64,000 nt of DNA from Eledone cirrhosa (Eukaryota), in assembly GCA_964016885.1 (NCBI GenBank), contig OZ024743.1, positions 332,940,001-333,004,000 of the forward strand, written 5' to 3'. The notes beneath the pieces were generated by a model. The model made no database searches and had not been told where the DNA came from. It was given only the letters and a program-made list of their open reading frames with translations. The stretch's first letter is position 1; each line of letters starts with the position of its first letter. A program made the position numbers and the translations under genes. This document shows positions 27,170 to 41,024 of this stretch, in pieces.

Positions 27170-28899
27170 AATTTTATATAGTAAGGTGTATTATTGGTAG
27201 TATATGTAATTTTATTAAGGCTGAGTCAGTGTGGTATTGCATTAGTCTTGCCTGTGTTCACGGAGTCATTATACAAAACAGTCTTCCCTGGTGACTGAAC
27301 ACTTAAGCTGAACTCTAGAGTGACAGGACACTGACTCGTCCTTTAAAAAAATCATTAGTTTTTATTGTTATTGAGTACTCCCTCTCGCGACCGTAATAAT
27401 AAACGTGTGTGCGCGCGCACGCGTATGTGTGTATTGTATAATTACTTCAATATATTGTTAATATTCCTCAAAACGTTCCTATTTGTATGGATTTATAAAG
27501 ACGGTTGAATCCCATGGTCAACCCTGATGGAACAGACCGTATGATAAAGAAGACTCCAGTCGTCACCATACAGTCTATTCTAGAACTACAGCGACTGCTA
27601 CTTCTAGCAGGTCGAGTGACCACGTAGAGGCCCCAATTCTTGCCAAACCACTACCAACATTTATGCTTTCTTTGAATTCTAGTGATCTAAATGTATGCTT
27701 AGTAAAATTAAATGCACTGAAATAAATATCTAGCAAGAGTGATAGCGAACGTATGAACTTTGTTGAGTCGCTTTATTTACTGCATTTATTGTAGACTCTG
27801 GTGATCTGCCGGTAGTATTAACACCCAGCGAAAAGTTGTAAACAAGAGAATAAAAAAAGACGGTGATCAGTGAAATTTGCAGACTTGCCGATACAAGAGA
27901 AAAAATACTGTCAGAGTCAAAAGAAAGAAAATATTATTTCACCCATGTAAAGAAGGGACTGTTTTTGTTTATATATAATAGAAAAACAGGGTCGTTGCTA
28001 TTTGCCTCCGTATATCTTTTAATTAGTTTAATTATTGTACACAGAAGAAAATGACAATGCAAGACCCCCATAAAATATGAACTGAAGGTGTGTGTGAGAA
28101 GCCGAAATAAATACTACACAACAACATCCGACTATTTATTGTAAGAAATATAAATAAAGAAGTTTAAATTGGGGCACTTAATTAAGGAACCGAAGCGAAA
28201 TTTATCGGGCTATTTTATCTTTCTTTTTACAGAGTAAAAATAAAACGATGTTTGGGGAAAAGAAAATAATGAAAATGAAAAAAAACGATTAGTTTTAAGT
28301 ATAGTAGTCGGAAGTGAAGTATAGAGGAAAAAACACAACAGAGGTATAAGAATGGTTTTAAAAAGGGGGATTATAATTAAATTGTTGACATATTATAAAC
28401 TAGTCCCTCAATTCTTGACCATCGATTTTGTAGTCAGCGCACTGCTTGCCACGTTGTCGGAAAACATCGCTATATATTCATAAACAAGGTAAGCTAACTA
28501 CCTAAGAAATGGTAGTTTCGTTAGAAAGAATAACAATGCTCGCTTGAAATGTCATTATAAATGAAATATAGAAGATTCAGCGGCTAAATTCAGATAAAAC
28601 ATGCAAGAAATGACACGAGCAAACTTACCGGATTAGAAATGTACAGGAGGGCGCCATGTTTCATATACTACGTAGTTCTACGTTGAGAGTTTTGATTGGT
28701 TGAGACTGGACCAACAACAGTTTCAGTAGAAATAAACGTGCAGTGTGCACAATACACTATCTTTAACTATGGATAAGCAGAAGTGAATACTTATATTTTT
28801 CAACCGGCTTAATGTAAACCTTTTCCATCTCTCTTAAACAAAAGATACTAATTTAATTTCATAATTCCATTCACTAATAAACTATTTCGAAGTGGATGC

Positions 28900-29200
28900 A
28901 TCATGGCCGAAGCATAAAGAGGTTCGCTTCACAATTATTAGGTCCTAGGTTCAATCCTAAATGTGTGATATTTTGTGCAAGTGCCATTTTCCATAGCTTC
29001 CGATCGATCGATTGGATAGATGGAAACCTGTCAGATGCACTGTACCTGTAATTCAAAGGTACATACAGCTTTGTCATACACTGTGTCACGCTGATTCTCC
29101 CTGAGAAACTATGATACGGATGCTTGTGACTGTGGAATGCTCTGTCACTTGTACGTTAATTTCAGGAGCAGGCTGTTCCGTTGACTATATCAATTGGAAC
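28900..29200 (+). mobile_element. Degenerate tRNA-SINE
   Basis: TGGCCGAAG...GGTTCAATCC A/B-box-like head. Confidence 0.45.
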
Positions 29201-30109
29201 ACTCATCGTCGGAAACTACGTTGGTTCAAGACACAAACATACACATTCACATTATCTTCTTCAGGTTCACAACAGAACTTGTACTCATCACTGCAAGCTG
29301 AGAAAAACACTCGTAATTTTGACAGAGCTCCCTGGGGGTGGATCTTTTCACCATTACCTGCTCCAGCACATTGCACGCCACCACCAAAACTTGTTAGTAA
29401 TAGTACCTTGCATCACAACCACCATGGTATCTTTTAATAATTTGGTGGGTCATTAAAAGTGAAATGTTCTAGTCAGGAGCCTGACTGTTACTCACAGGAG
29501 AAGGACCATGGCAAGACTGGTTTGTTGATCTCAAACACTTCATAAACCCCAGAAATCCGTTAGATCTCACCCTTTATACAATATTTCTATTGGCTGTGTT
29601 ACAGAAGGACCATGTAAAAGTCGTAATTTAGAAGTCCTTAAGACATGACTCTTTATACTCGTGTAGGAGTCATGACAAAAAGCACCCAGCACATTGTAAA
29701 TGTTGTTGACATTAGGAAGGGCATCCAGCCATAGAAACTTAGCCAGAAACAGTTCCGTATGAGCATGAAATGGTCACCTGAACTAACTTGCCTCTAATGG
29801 GACAACTCGTCTAATTCATACTAGCATGGAAAATGGACATTAAACGTTGATGATGATGAGTAAAGACAAGAAAAAAATAAAGGAACAACGGTCCCTTTAT
29901 TTAGATTTCAGCAAAAATTGAGCTGAAGACAGAGATGTAGTAAATTATTATTGGAGTTATTCAGTAGGAATCTGTAACAGCTTGACTTAAAATCATTTCT
30001 AAATATTAGTTTAAGTATAATTTTATCTGTATTTATGACATTCATTTAAATAAATTGATTTCTTTATCTATCACCCACACTGAAATATGTATGGAGGAGT
30101 GAAAGAGAG

Positions 30110-30370
30110 AGAAATTGATAGATGTGGGAGGGAAGATATTGGAGAGAGAGGGAGAGGAAGATCGATTGATAGATGTGGGAGGTAAGATATTTGAAAGAGA
30201 AAGAGAGATAGATCGATAGAGGTGGGAGAGAAGATATTGGAGAAAGAGAGAGAGATTGATAGAGGTGGGAGAGAAGATATTGGAGAAAGAGAGAGAGAGA
30301 TTGATAGAGGTGTGAAAGAAGATATTGGAGAAAGAGAGAGAGAGATTGATAGAGGTGTGAAAGAAGATGA
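30110..30370. repeat. GA-rich tandem repeat, unit about 45 bp
   Basis: GATTGATAGAGGTGGGAGAGAAGATATTGGAGAAAGAGAG repeated about 5x. Confidence 0.85.
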
Positions 30371-30590
30371 TGGGGGAGCAAGAGATTGTTAGCAGTGTGA
30401 GGGAAAGAGAGATTGTTAGAGGTAGGAGGGAAGTCAATGGGGAGAGAGAAGAGAGGGGGTAGAAACAAGGGGAGGATAGAAGAGTTGAGATTTATTAAGA
30501 GACAATGCAGAGAATGGTGGGTAAGTAGCAAAGTGAGTTGAGATCAAAAGATAAAGAGTGAACACAGATTTTAAAATATAAATCTCTCTA

Positions 30591-30992
30591 CTCTCAGGTT
30601 TAGAGAGTAGAGAGATTTATAATTGCCTCTCCCACCTTATTAATTCTTCAGATTCCCCACTGCCAAATATCAAATTTTCAGATGTTTTTCAAACTCCCAC
30701 TCACCCACCCTATTAAATATTAATTTTTGTTAATCTATCTCCATGAAATTTTATTTGAAGTGGTACACTCTTGTGACAATTAATTTTCCTGAGACATTAA
30801 AAAACATTATACATGACGAAAAAGCACATTACTAGAAATCCCATAAGTTATAAAATAAATAGGATGGGTTGGGATTTCAATATATAAACTAAATGACTAT
30901 TTCTAATTTAAAAAAAAAATCAACAGAGACAACCTAGAAAAATTACTGATTTTCCCACTCCACTCCCACCCTCATTTTTTGGGACCCAAGAG
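30591..30992. mobile_element. TA-flanked MITE (CTCTYRGGT...ACCCAAGAG); relatives at 58524-58819, about 63525, about 38367 and about 61605
   Basis: Short TIRs, TA at both ends, shared internal motifs (TTTTGTTAATCTATCTC, CAACAGAGACAACCTAGAAAAATT). Confidence 0.6.
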
Positions 30993-31009
30993 TATATGGA
31001 ACATGAATT

Positions 31010-31780
31010 GGTTTATTTCTCAAAATGAAAGGCAGACTGTATGATGCGTGCATACGAACAGCAATGTTACATGGTAGTGAGACCTGGGCGTTGTGTGTAG
31101 AAGACTTGCGTAGATTAGAAAGAAACGAAGCTTGCATGCTCCGATGGTAGTGTAATAGTAATATATGCGAACGGCAAAGCATAAACGAATTGAGAGAGAG
31201 ACTGAGCATAAGAGAAATCAAATGCCGTGTGCAGAAGAGGAGGTTGCATTGGTATGGACATGTGATGCGTATGAAGGATAACAGCTACAAAAAAAGGTGC
31301 AGAGCACTAGAAGTTGATAGAAGCCGTGGAGTGGGGTGACCCAAGAAGGCCTGGGATGAGGTGATAAAAGCCAACCATACCCAATTGCACCTCTTAAAGG
31401 TGGTGACACAGGACCGTGATCTCTAGCGTCACACAGTAATACAGAAGACCCAACTTCTTACGGGTATAAGCTGAAGTTAAAGCATATAGACAATATACCC
31501 CCCCCCACACACACACTGCAAAGTGGTTGTGGAGGTGTCACTGCAAAAAAGCACCCAGCCTACACTGTAAAGTGGACGTGTAGGCGCCACGGAAAAAAAG
31601 CACCTAGCACTCACAGTAAATGAGGTTGGTGTTAGGAAGGGCATCCAGCTGTAGAAATCAAACCAGAATCAGTTCCTGTATGAGCAAGACATGGTCAGCC
31701 GACCAGACACTGCCCACAAGATAACCCGTCTAACCCATGCTAGCGTGGAAGAACGGACGTAAAACGGTGATGATGATGAA
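31010..31780 (+). mobile_element. Older RTE 3' fragment
   Basis: [22 protein letters not shown]-coding DNA, 3'UTR and (GAT)n. Confidence 0.88.
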
Positions 31781-31814
31781 ATACAAGGTGGTGCATTGGC
31801 AGTGTTGTTAGATT

Positions 31815-32150
31815 CTTCTTTGCCCACTTATTATTGAGAGTTGTGGGAGCAGAGACCTCAAACACTCCTTCCGGTGGGTCCTGTCAGAAGCAACTGTCTC
31901 CAATTGATCCAGTTGGATCTCCAATCAAGACCAGCCAAACTCATGGATGTTGTCCAACCATCTTGCTTCAGGTCTACTCCTGTCGGCTGGTTTTGTCCAT
32001 AAAATCTGTCCAGCGATTCTTTCCTGAGACATTCTAACCACATGTCCATAGTATCGGAGCTGTGATCTCTCAATCCGGAGTATTAGCTCTACCTGGAATG
32101 ATTCTCTGATCCCCGAGCTATGCACCCTAAGACTCAAGTAATGTTACACC
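31815..32150 (-). mobile_element. 3' end of a different RTE-like LINE (relative at about 63270-63400)
   Basis: IERSQLRYYGHVVRM...RWLDNI; shared GAGACCTCAAACACTCCTTCC..GGGTCCTGTCAGAAGCA. Confidence 0.7.
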
Positions 32151-33102
32151 TAAGACTTTCATCCTTACAAGGTAAATAAAATAAAGTACCAGTAATACAC
32201 TGGCAGCGATTTAATTGATTTGCCTCCCCCACCCCCATAATCAGAAACCATTATTACAACTCCAAACAGTGGATTGGCTGTATCAGCTGAGCATCGACCA
32301 ACATACTTTGCCTTCCATCTTTATGAGGCTGACAAATAAAGTACCAGATTTCTCTCCTTCTCTAGAAGAAATTGTCTGTATTTAGATCAACAGAGGGATG
32401 ACCCCCGCCAGGTTTAAAATGCTCAAGACAAACTGTGTGTAAGCCAAGGGGACACAGATGGCGCCTACCAGGTTTAAAATGTTGAAGACATGCTGACTGA
32501 AGAGTGAAGGTTCCAGCCAGGTTTTAAATGCTCAAGACACATTGTGTAGCAGGATAATGCCCCATGACTCCCTCAGGAATTAAGGGCTCTTTCCTATATA
32601 AAATACAATGGCTAGCTTCATATCCGGAAGAAATATTAACAATACTGCAGAGTCATTAGAGAATTAAATAAACACCTTGTGGTATGTTACAGCTTTCTCA
32701 GTGTCAATAAATGAAGTACTTGTGTAGTGATTGTCAGATGTAAACCAAACAACTAATTCTGGTTCTTAAAAAAACACTGCACCCCCACCCCATTATTTGG
32801 GACCCAAGAATAGCCACAGATCGTCTTGAATCTTCTATACTAATCATCACTGTTCAATTTATATCATGTTCACCTAAATACCATTCCACAGATACTGCAA
32901 TAAGATATAATTCTGAATTCCTGTTATTATTTCAATCATTCTTGATTTAACCATATTTCTAAACACTTCCTAAAATATTCAAAATTATAAAGAATTTAAA
33001 AAGATTTAGTAATATAACTAACTTTATCATTAAGATGATGTTAAGAGCATAACTTAAACAAAGGTTTCTTAATAAAATTTTGATGTAATCTTTTTATGTA
33101 AA

Positions 33103-33705
33103 TATCATTTTTCCCCGAATCCAATCCTTGCTTTCTACTCGATACTCTAGCGTATTTTCCAAAACAAATCTTGTATTATTGTTTTAATGCTTGTTAAATA
33201 TAATTTGTTATGCTGGCTAAATTATGCCCCAAATTCGAGGACTATATTTAAACTCTTAACCTCTGATTCCTCCTATCTTCACCCTCCCCCCCTACATCAT
33301 GCTCGTTCGCCGCAAATCCCCCCCCCCCCTATCTCTACATATATAAAACAAATCCTACAAGTACGAAAATAAGATTCGCCAATTGCTATTCCAGATGGCT
33401 ACTTTCATGGTTTAATGTAACACAAATATTTCTTCACACCATTTTAATTCCTTAGTCCATTCGTCATCCTGTATCATTTTTCCTTTTAATTCCTTAGTCC
33501 ATTCGTCATTCTGTATCATTTTTCCCCGAATCCAATCCTTGCTTTCTACTCGGTACTCTAGCATATTTTCAAAAACAAATCTTGTATTATTGTTTTAATG
33601 CTTGTTAAATATAATTTGTTATGCTGGCTAAATTATGCCCCAAATTCGAGGACTATATTTAAACTCTTAACCTCTGCTTCCTCCTATCCCCCCCCCCCCT
33701 ACATC
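33103..33705. repeat. Direct duplication of about 190 bp (33103 and 33513)
   Basis: TATCATTTTTCCCCGAATCCAATCC...CCTACATC appears twice. Confidence 0.9.
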
Positions 33706-33716
33706 TTATTTAAACC

Positions 33717-36700
33717 ATAACCTTTTCGCTATAACTACCCAATATCCCTCCCACACACCACCGTTATTACGTGGGCCAATCATAAGTCGGAGACCTATGC
33801 TATCGCTTACCTGGTTGCCTTTCGATAGGACGGATGGACTACGGAATTCTGGAGAGTTAAAAAGAAAAATCTGGACGCTCAGTGACAATGCCAAAGATAA
33901 AGACAAATTCACCTCATGGACGAGAATGCAAGGACTCCTCTGTTTCGGCCGCGGATGGCTAACATAACCCCATCTCCCCCATCCACCCTCACCCTCCAAA
34001 CGCAATCCAAAACTTCAGAGTTGGTACCATGAATGTAGGCACCTTAAAGGGTCGCTCTAACGAGGTTGTAGAAATGCTTGAACGTAAGGAGGTCGATGTT
34101 TGTTGTATTCAAGAGACCAGGTGGAGGGGTGGGTCTGCTAGATTCATCGTGGGTAAAGAACGATGCTATAAGCTTTTCTGGGTGGGAAATGACAATGGGC
34201 TGGGTGGAGTAGGAATCATGGTAGCAGAAAAGTGGGCAGATAAGATAATAGACGTAAATAGAGTGAACGACAGAATAATTAAAATAAGACTTGTCCTCAA
34301 TAGAACTACAGTGACAGTAATATCTGCGTACGCACCCCAATCAGGATTGCCCGGCACTATAAAAGACAGATTCTTTGAGACACTGATGCTCACTACCTCC
34401 CAAATAACCGACAGTGACTATATAATTATTGCTGGCGACCTAAATGGTCACGTTGGACAACATTGTGACGGCTATGACGAATCCATGGAGGCTATGGGTT
34501 TGGTACTAGAAATGAGGAAGGCTCCAGAATGCTGGAATTCTGTGACGCAAATAACCTAACTATCTGTAACACTAACTTCAAAAAACGAGACAATCACTTG
34601 ATCACCTATAGATCGGGGGAACACACAAGCCAGGTAGATTATATCCTTACCAGATGTGACAGAGTGTCTGTTGTAAACACTAAATCCCTCCCCCATGAAG
34701 AATGCACGTCTCAACATTGACTCATAATTAGCGACCTCATAGTCAGGACGAGACATATTCGACAACAGAAGAGGACTATCCTCAGGAGAAAAATATGGAA
34801 ATTAAAGGACCCCACAGCCAGTCATAAATTTAAAAGCACATTACTTGATGCTTTTGATAGTAAGGAAGAGCAATTAGAGTCGTACACTATAGAGGAACAG
34901 TGGGAATTCCTGAAAGCTAACCTGCTGAAGGCGACAGATGAAACCTGTGGCTGGAGCAGGCCTATAGGCAGGAGGAGAGTAACTTGGTGGTGGAACAGTA
35001 AGGTGGAGAGGTCAATCAAGGCCAAAAAGCAGGCTTGGAAAGCAAGGCGGGATGGGGGAAGTAGAGAAGACTATCAAGTGGCCAGGAGGGAAGCTAGGAG
35101 ACAAGTGTACTTCGCAAGAAGGGAAGCAGAGGAAAGAAAGTTCAAGTGTTCTACAACGCGAGGACCAAAAACGTGAGGTGTTCAGGATTGCTAGGCAATG
35201 TGTCAAGGAAAACAGTGATATTGTCGGGGAGAAGTGTGTCCTAAATGATGATGGTGTACTTGCCATCACTGACGCTGATAAGAAGGTAGCTTGGAAGTGT
35301 CACTACGAAAGGCTACTAAATGAGGTGAATAATTGGGAGAAAGACAGTCTCCCCCACATTGACCCAATAGAGGGACCAGCAGTGCTAGTTGAAGGTAGTA
35401 TAATAAGTAAGGCGATCAAAGATATGAAGACGGGCAAGGCGGCCGGGCCTTCGGAAATAGTTGCCGAAATGCTGAAAGCATCTGGAACGGTGGGACACAC
35501 TATGGTCACCCGGATAGTAAACCAAGTCATACAGAATGGGGTCGTTCTGAAGAACTGGCGCAGCAGCATCATCATTAACTGCTACAAGGGTAAAGGTGAT
35601 GCCCTAGATAGGGGAAACTATAGAGTCATTAAATTAATTGACTAGGTCATGAAGGTCACAGAAAAAGTAATAGCGCAACTAATCAGAGAGCGAATTGATC
35701 TAGACGAAATGCAGTTCGGGTTTGTGTCAGGAAAAAGTACAACAGACGCTCTTTTCATTGTACGACAACTACAGGAGAAGTACCTAGCTAAAAGTAAACC
35801 CCTATACTTAGCTTTTGTCGACTTGGAGAAAGCCTTTGACAGAGTACCCCGCTCGATTATCTGGTGGGCCCTTAGAAAACTAGGTGTTGATGAATGGCTT
35901 GTGAGAGCTATACAAGCCATGTATAAAGAAACAGTCAGCAAGGTTAGAATTAACAACGAATATAGTGAAGAGTTTAGTGTAAAAGTTGGTGTTCATCAGG
36001 GCTCCGTCCTTAGCCCCCTACTATTTATTATTGCCCTTCAGGCTATAACAGAGGAGTTCAAGACTGGCTGCCCATGGGAACTCCTATATGCAGATGATCT
36101 AACGCTCATAGCTGAATCAATGGCTGAACTAGAGAAGAAATTCCAAACATGGAAGCATGGCCTAGAATCAAAAGGCCTTAAAGTTAACTTGTCTAAGACT
36201 AAAGTTCTAGTTTATAGGAAGGAAAATAGGGCACCGGTCCCATCTGGGAAATGGCCATGCTCAGTGTGTAGGAAAGGAGTAGGTAGAAACTCCATTTTAT
36301 GTCCCAAATGCAAAGTATGGGTGCATAAAAGATGTAGTGGGATCACAGGTAAGCTAACTAAGAATATAGATTTTATATGTGGCCGGTGCTCTGGTGCAAT
36401 AAGTAGCAGCAAGTGCCCACAGAATACTAACTCATTCCATTGCATGCACAGATGGTTCTATAGAAATAGTGGACAGCTTCCGTTACCTGGGTGATAAAAT
36501 CAGCAGTGGGGGAGGGTGCTCCGAAAGTACAGTAGCTAGAGTCAGAACGGGATGGAAAAAGTTCAGAGAGCTTATACCACTATTGGCCACTAAAGGGTTC
36601 TCTCTAAAAATGAAAGGCAGGCTGTATGATGCCTGCATACGAACAGCAATGTTACATGGCAGTGAGACCTGGGCATTGTGTGCAGAGGATATACGCAGAC

Positions 36701-37411
36701 TGGAGAGAAACGAAGCTTGCATGCTCCGCTGGATGTGTAATAGTAATATACGTGAACGGCAAAGCATAAACTAACTAAGGGAGAAATTAGAAATAAGAGG
36801 GATCAGATGTTGTTTACTCGAGAGAAGACTACGTTGGTATGGTCACGTGATGCGCATGAAAGACGATAGCTGTATAAAAAAGTGCAGGGCAATAAAAATA
36901 GACGGTAGCCACGGAGTAGGCAGACCCAGAAAAACCTGGGACGACTTGACAAATTCCGACCTCACACACTTACACCTCTCCAAGACAATGTCACTGGACC
37001 GAGAGCTTTGGCGGTACACAGTAATAAAGACCCGCCTTACCTAAGTACAAAGTGAAACCTACTAGTCAGTAGGCACCTCTAACAAAATAAACCCCCATCC
37101 CACTACCCACACCACCCCTTTCAATGTAAAGTTATGTTGGTGTCACAACATCTAGCCCAAAACAAATGAGGTCGTGTAGGTGTCACGACAAAAAAACACA
37201 GTCCTCGCTGTAATGTGGCCGTGTAGGCAACACGGTAAAAACCTCCCAGTTCCACACTGCAAATGTGGTTGGTGGTAGGAAGGGCATCCAGCCGTAGAAA
37301 ACCGGCCAGACAGTCCTATGCGAGCAAGACAACCACTCTTGCCTCAAGTGGGAAAACTCCCGTCCAAACCCATGCAAGCGTGGAATATGGATGTTAAACG
37401 ATGATGATGAT
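33717..37411 (+). mobile_element. Near full-length RTE LINE (APE + RT + PHD-like finger), inactivated by stops and frameshifts
   Basis: MNVGTL, CCIQETRW, SAYAPQ, AGDLNGHVG, SQVDYIL, SQH; RT motifs; 3'UTR and (GAT)n tail; 5' boundary approximate. Confidence 0.95.
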
Positions 37412-37461
37412 AAACACTTTGAAGAACCAGGGATGGTTTCAGGCAATTTGCAGTTTGGTAT

Positions 37462-37854
37462 GAAGATGCATGGCTTAGTGGTTAGAGCATTAGGCTTGCA
37501 ATCGAAAGGTTGTGAGTTCAATTCTCAGACCGGGTGAAGTGTTTCCTTGAGCAAGACACTTTATTTCACATTGCTCCAGTTTACTCAGCTGTAGAAATGA
37601 GATGATAGGGACTGGAGTCCCTATCATTCCACTGCAAAGTGGTCGTGGAGGTGCCATGGCAAAAAAGCACCCAGCACTCACTGTAAATGAGGTTGGTGTT
37701 AGGAAGGGCATCCAGCTGTAGAAATCAAGCCAGAATCATTTCCCATATGAGCAAGAAAAGGTCAGCCGACCGGCCACTGCCTACAACAGGACAACCCGTC
37801 TAAGCCATGGTAGCGTGGAAGAACGGACATAAAACGGTGATGATGATGATGATG
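37462..37854 (+). mobile_element. tRNA-SINE with long RTE tail
   Basis: Same family as 12917-13251. Confidence 0.88.
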
Positions 37855-38293
37855 TAAGAGGTTAGGAAATATAGATGAAGCATAAAAAATATTTGTGAAC
37901 ACCCAGTTAATTGTATATTAAATTTCTCAAATATCTACTAAACCTGAGCTTTGTACATTCATACAAGGCTTGCAAAATAAAACAGTTTTTACAAAATATT
38001 TGAGATTTTTTCAGTAGATCTTTGACAGATTTTATCAATCAGACCCAAGCCTGCTCTAAAATGAAATAAAACGATAAATAAAAAGGGGAAACAAAAACAA
38101 GTTTGTTTTATACACATTTTAAAAGTTAATTTGCTTTGGTAACCAATAGGAATGTAAAAATACAGAAAATACATTTATTACAAAAATATGAATGTGAAGC
38201 TGTCTAGAACCATTTTCCTGAGAAGTTCTTAAGATTCCAAAGTTCTTATATATTCTGCAAACTCTTTCCAGATATTTTAAGCATTAGAGATGA

Positions 38294-38540
38294 TAGTAGC
38301 CACATTAATTAGAGAATAATACAGAACTTGAAGGAAGGATAACATTTTCAATGACTTAAAAACATGTACTCCTGGGTCTCAATTAATGCCCCCCACCCCA
38401 TTTATTAAATTTTGAGATGATAGTAGCCACATTAATTAGAGAATAATACAGAACTTGAAGGAAGTATAACATTTTCAATGACTTAAAAACATGTACTCCT
38501 GGGTCTCAATTAATGCCCCCCACCCCATTTATTAAATTTT
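38294..38540. repeat. Tandem duplication of about 127 bp
   Basis: GAGATGATAGTAGCCACATTAATTAG...ATTTATTAAATTTTG twice. Confidence 0.88.
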
Positions 38541-38879
38541 GCTAATCTATCTCCAGTGAAATTTTATTTTAAATGGTTGGTGATAGAAACCTTGCCAGAC
38601 AAAAGGTCAAGACCCTTCAGCCATGTGAAGCACATGACAACTCCCTTAGTGACCTACTTGATAAATGCACCCAGTATACACTGTAAAGTGGTTGGTGATA
38701 GGAACAGTATCCAGCCATAAAATGCTTGAGAGGACCCTCCAGTTGTGTCAAAGGCATGACAACCTCAGTGACTCCTCTTCAGTACTGATTTGGTCTATAT
38801 AGACTCGTCCAACCCTTGCTATCAGAGAAAGTGGATGTTAAAACAACAATGATGATGATGATGACAGCATAATAGATAG

Positions 38880-39310
38880 AATAAGGATAGGATGGAAAAA
38901 GTTCAGACAGCCAATCCCATTGTTGACCACAAAAGGTTTCTCCCTACATACAAACGGACAACCGTATGATACCTATGTGCAAAGCGGCATGGCAGTGAAA
39001 CATGGGCTGCAACTGCGGAGGACATGCATAGGCTGGAGAGAGGCAGAGCTGAGACGAGTTAAAGGAGAAGCTGGCTCAAGATAGTGTACAGGAGATTGCA
39101 TTGGTTTGGACATGTGATGTGCATGGAAAATGATCATTGGGTGAAGAAGTGCCAGTGGAAGGAATTCATGGTAGAGGTAGACCAAGAAAGACCCAGGCAG
39201 AGGTGAGAGCTGACTTCAAATCATGGACACAACAAAGCGTGGAGAGATGTCATACTGAGAAGCACCCGTCCAATCCATGCAAGCATGGAAAAGCAGACAT
39301 AAAAGTGATG
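38880..39310 (+). mobile_element. Old degraded RTE 3' fragment followed by a SINE head (about 39330-39450)
   Basis: GGATGGAAAAAGTTCAGA; GRGRPRKT peptide. Similar old fragments at 47640-47865 (+) and 59150-59480 (-). Confidence 0.75.
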
Positions 39311-40699
39311 ATATATATATATGCGTGTGTAGCGTTGAGCTCACAATCATAAGGTTGTGAGTTTGAATCTCAGACCGGGTGGTGTGTTATGTTCTTGAGC
39401 AAGACACTTTATTTCATGTTGCTGCAGTTCACTCAACTGTAGAAAGGAGTTGTGACGTGTCAGGTGTCAAAGTGTATTGGATATTGCCTTTCCCTTGGAC
39501 ATGGAGAGGAGAGACTGGTATGCATGGGTGACTGCTGGTCTTCCACAAATACACCATGCCCAGGAGGGGGAATTTTCAGGTGCAAAGCCATGGCAGGGGG
39601 GGGGGGGGGGGGGGGGGCTCCTGTGGTCTGTGATGTAAAAGGACACCCAGGACTGAGACATGACCGGGAGAATGGAAATGACGAGCAATGGGAGTATCCA
39701 AACCGAGTCGTATCTATCCCAAATGTTCAGCAAAGCATTGTTTTGTTTGTCCGAATTATAAGGACCCGCAAAGGGAACACCGGAGGGCATAGATGTGGGT
39801 GGAGATGCAGGTGAAGGAGTGGTGGATACGGATTGAATCGTTGGGGCCTGTGAGAGTGGTGATGATCGAATAGAAAAAGTGCGTGTGTGTGTGTGCGTGT
39901 GTATTCAGTCAGCTATTTTGAACAAAATATACATATAGATTATTTTTACAGGTTGTAAAAATAATTTAAGGACATCCTGTATACTGCACTACATATATGA
40001 CATTTGTTAAATTGAGTGGTGTGACCAAACCTATAAGTAATATCTCATAATGTCACCTGCTACAATAAAATTGCCCATGTCTGAGGGTGTTACAGATGCA
40101 GGTGATTAAATACAAACCGAAAGTGAAGTGACCGTGTAGGTGTCACAAGAAAATCGACCCAGCCCACACAGTAAAGTGGCCGTGTAGGTGTCACGATAAA
40201 AAGCACCCAGCCTACACTGTAAAATTGGTTGGCGTTAGGAAGGTCATCCAGCTGAAGAGACCAAGCCAGAAAGTTCTCAACCGACCTCTCTTGCCTCGAA
40301 CAGGACAACTTATCTAACCCATGCTAGCATGGAAAACAGACGTTAAACTGATGATGATGATGACAACATATAAGTCTAAAGTTTGATACCATATTGATTA
40401 TCTGTACACCCTGATGACTAGATATTAACTTGTTTTTTCGACATACCAGTTAGCTATTGGTGTTACTAACCAAAGTACAATGGTGTCATGAAAAAAAATA
40501 GAACATCAACAATTTGTTCAATGTGACATTTTCGAAAAGCAACATTAAATTTAAAAAAATCTGAAATAAACAAACATGTGGGTTAGCTCCCAACATCGTG
40601 TAATGATTCAGCAGAAAATATCTAAATACCAAGTTTGTTAATTCAAATATTTAGTGTCTTAACTGGTGGACACAACTTTGTGAAAATCTGCAGTATTAA

Positions 40700-41024
40700 C
40701 TCTTTAGTTACCAACTCAGCCAAAACCAGCTCTGGTTCTATCAAATAACACCATCCATTTTAAATTAAAATCTTCCAACAAAATTTTATATAAGAACCTT
40801 ACATTAATTACAATTTTACCAATCCAGCCAAAACTGGCTCTGGTTCTATGAAATAAAACTACCCATCTTAAAGTTTTCCAATTTAAATTAAAATCTTCCA
40901 ACAATTTTATATTAAGTTACTATCTTACTAATGAAATAATTGATAATTTCAGAAAATTCCTCAAAATCTTTCATCAATTAATTAAAATAAAATATATTTC
41001 ATTAGAAATATGGTCATGAAAGGT
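40700..41024. mobile_element. TTAA-flanked MITE family A (also 43114-43358, about 20730 and about 52950)
   Basis: TTAA|CTCTTTAGTTACC ... GGTCATGAAAGGT|TTAA; 40.7-kb and 43.1-kb copies share their body. Confidence 0.65.

Larger units (their letters stand above)
23530..28657 (-). pseudogene. Possible decayed spliced gene (membrane-protein N-terminus, tentatively HGSNAT-like)
   Basis: Exon 28629-28657 AACATGGCG..CG|GTAAG (MAPSCTFLIR) with upstream CCAAT; in-phase acceptor at 27907 gives hydrophobic IFSLVSASLQISLITVFFYSLV; further AG-bounded segments at 25992, 25708 and 23813 carry stops or frameshifts. Confidence 0.35.

Noticed and set aside
33717-33930. HDV-like ribozyme in the RTE 5'UTR
   Set aside because: Known in some RTEs, but I could not build the double pseudoknot by eye.
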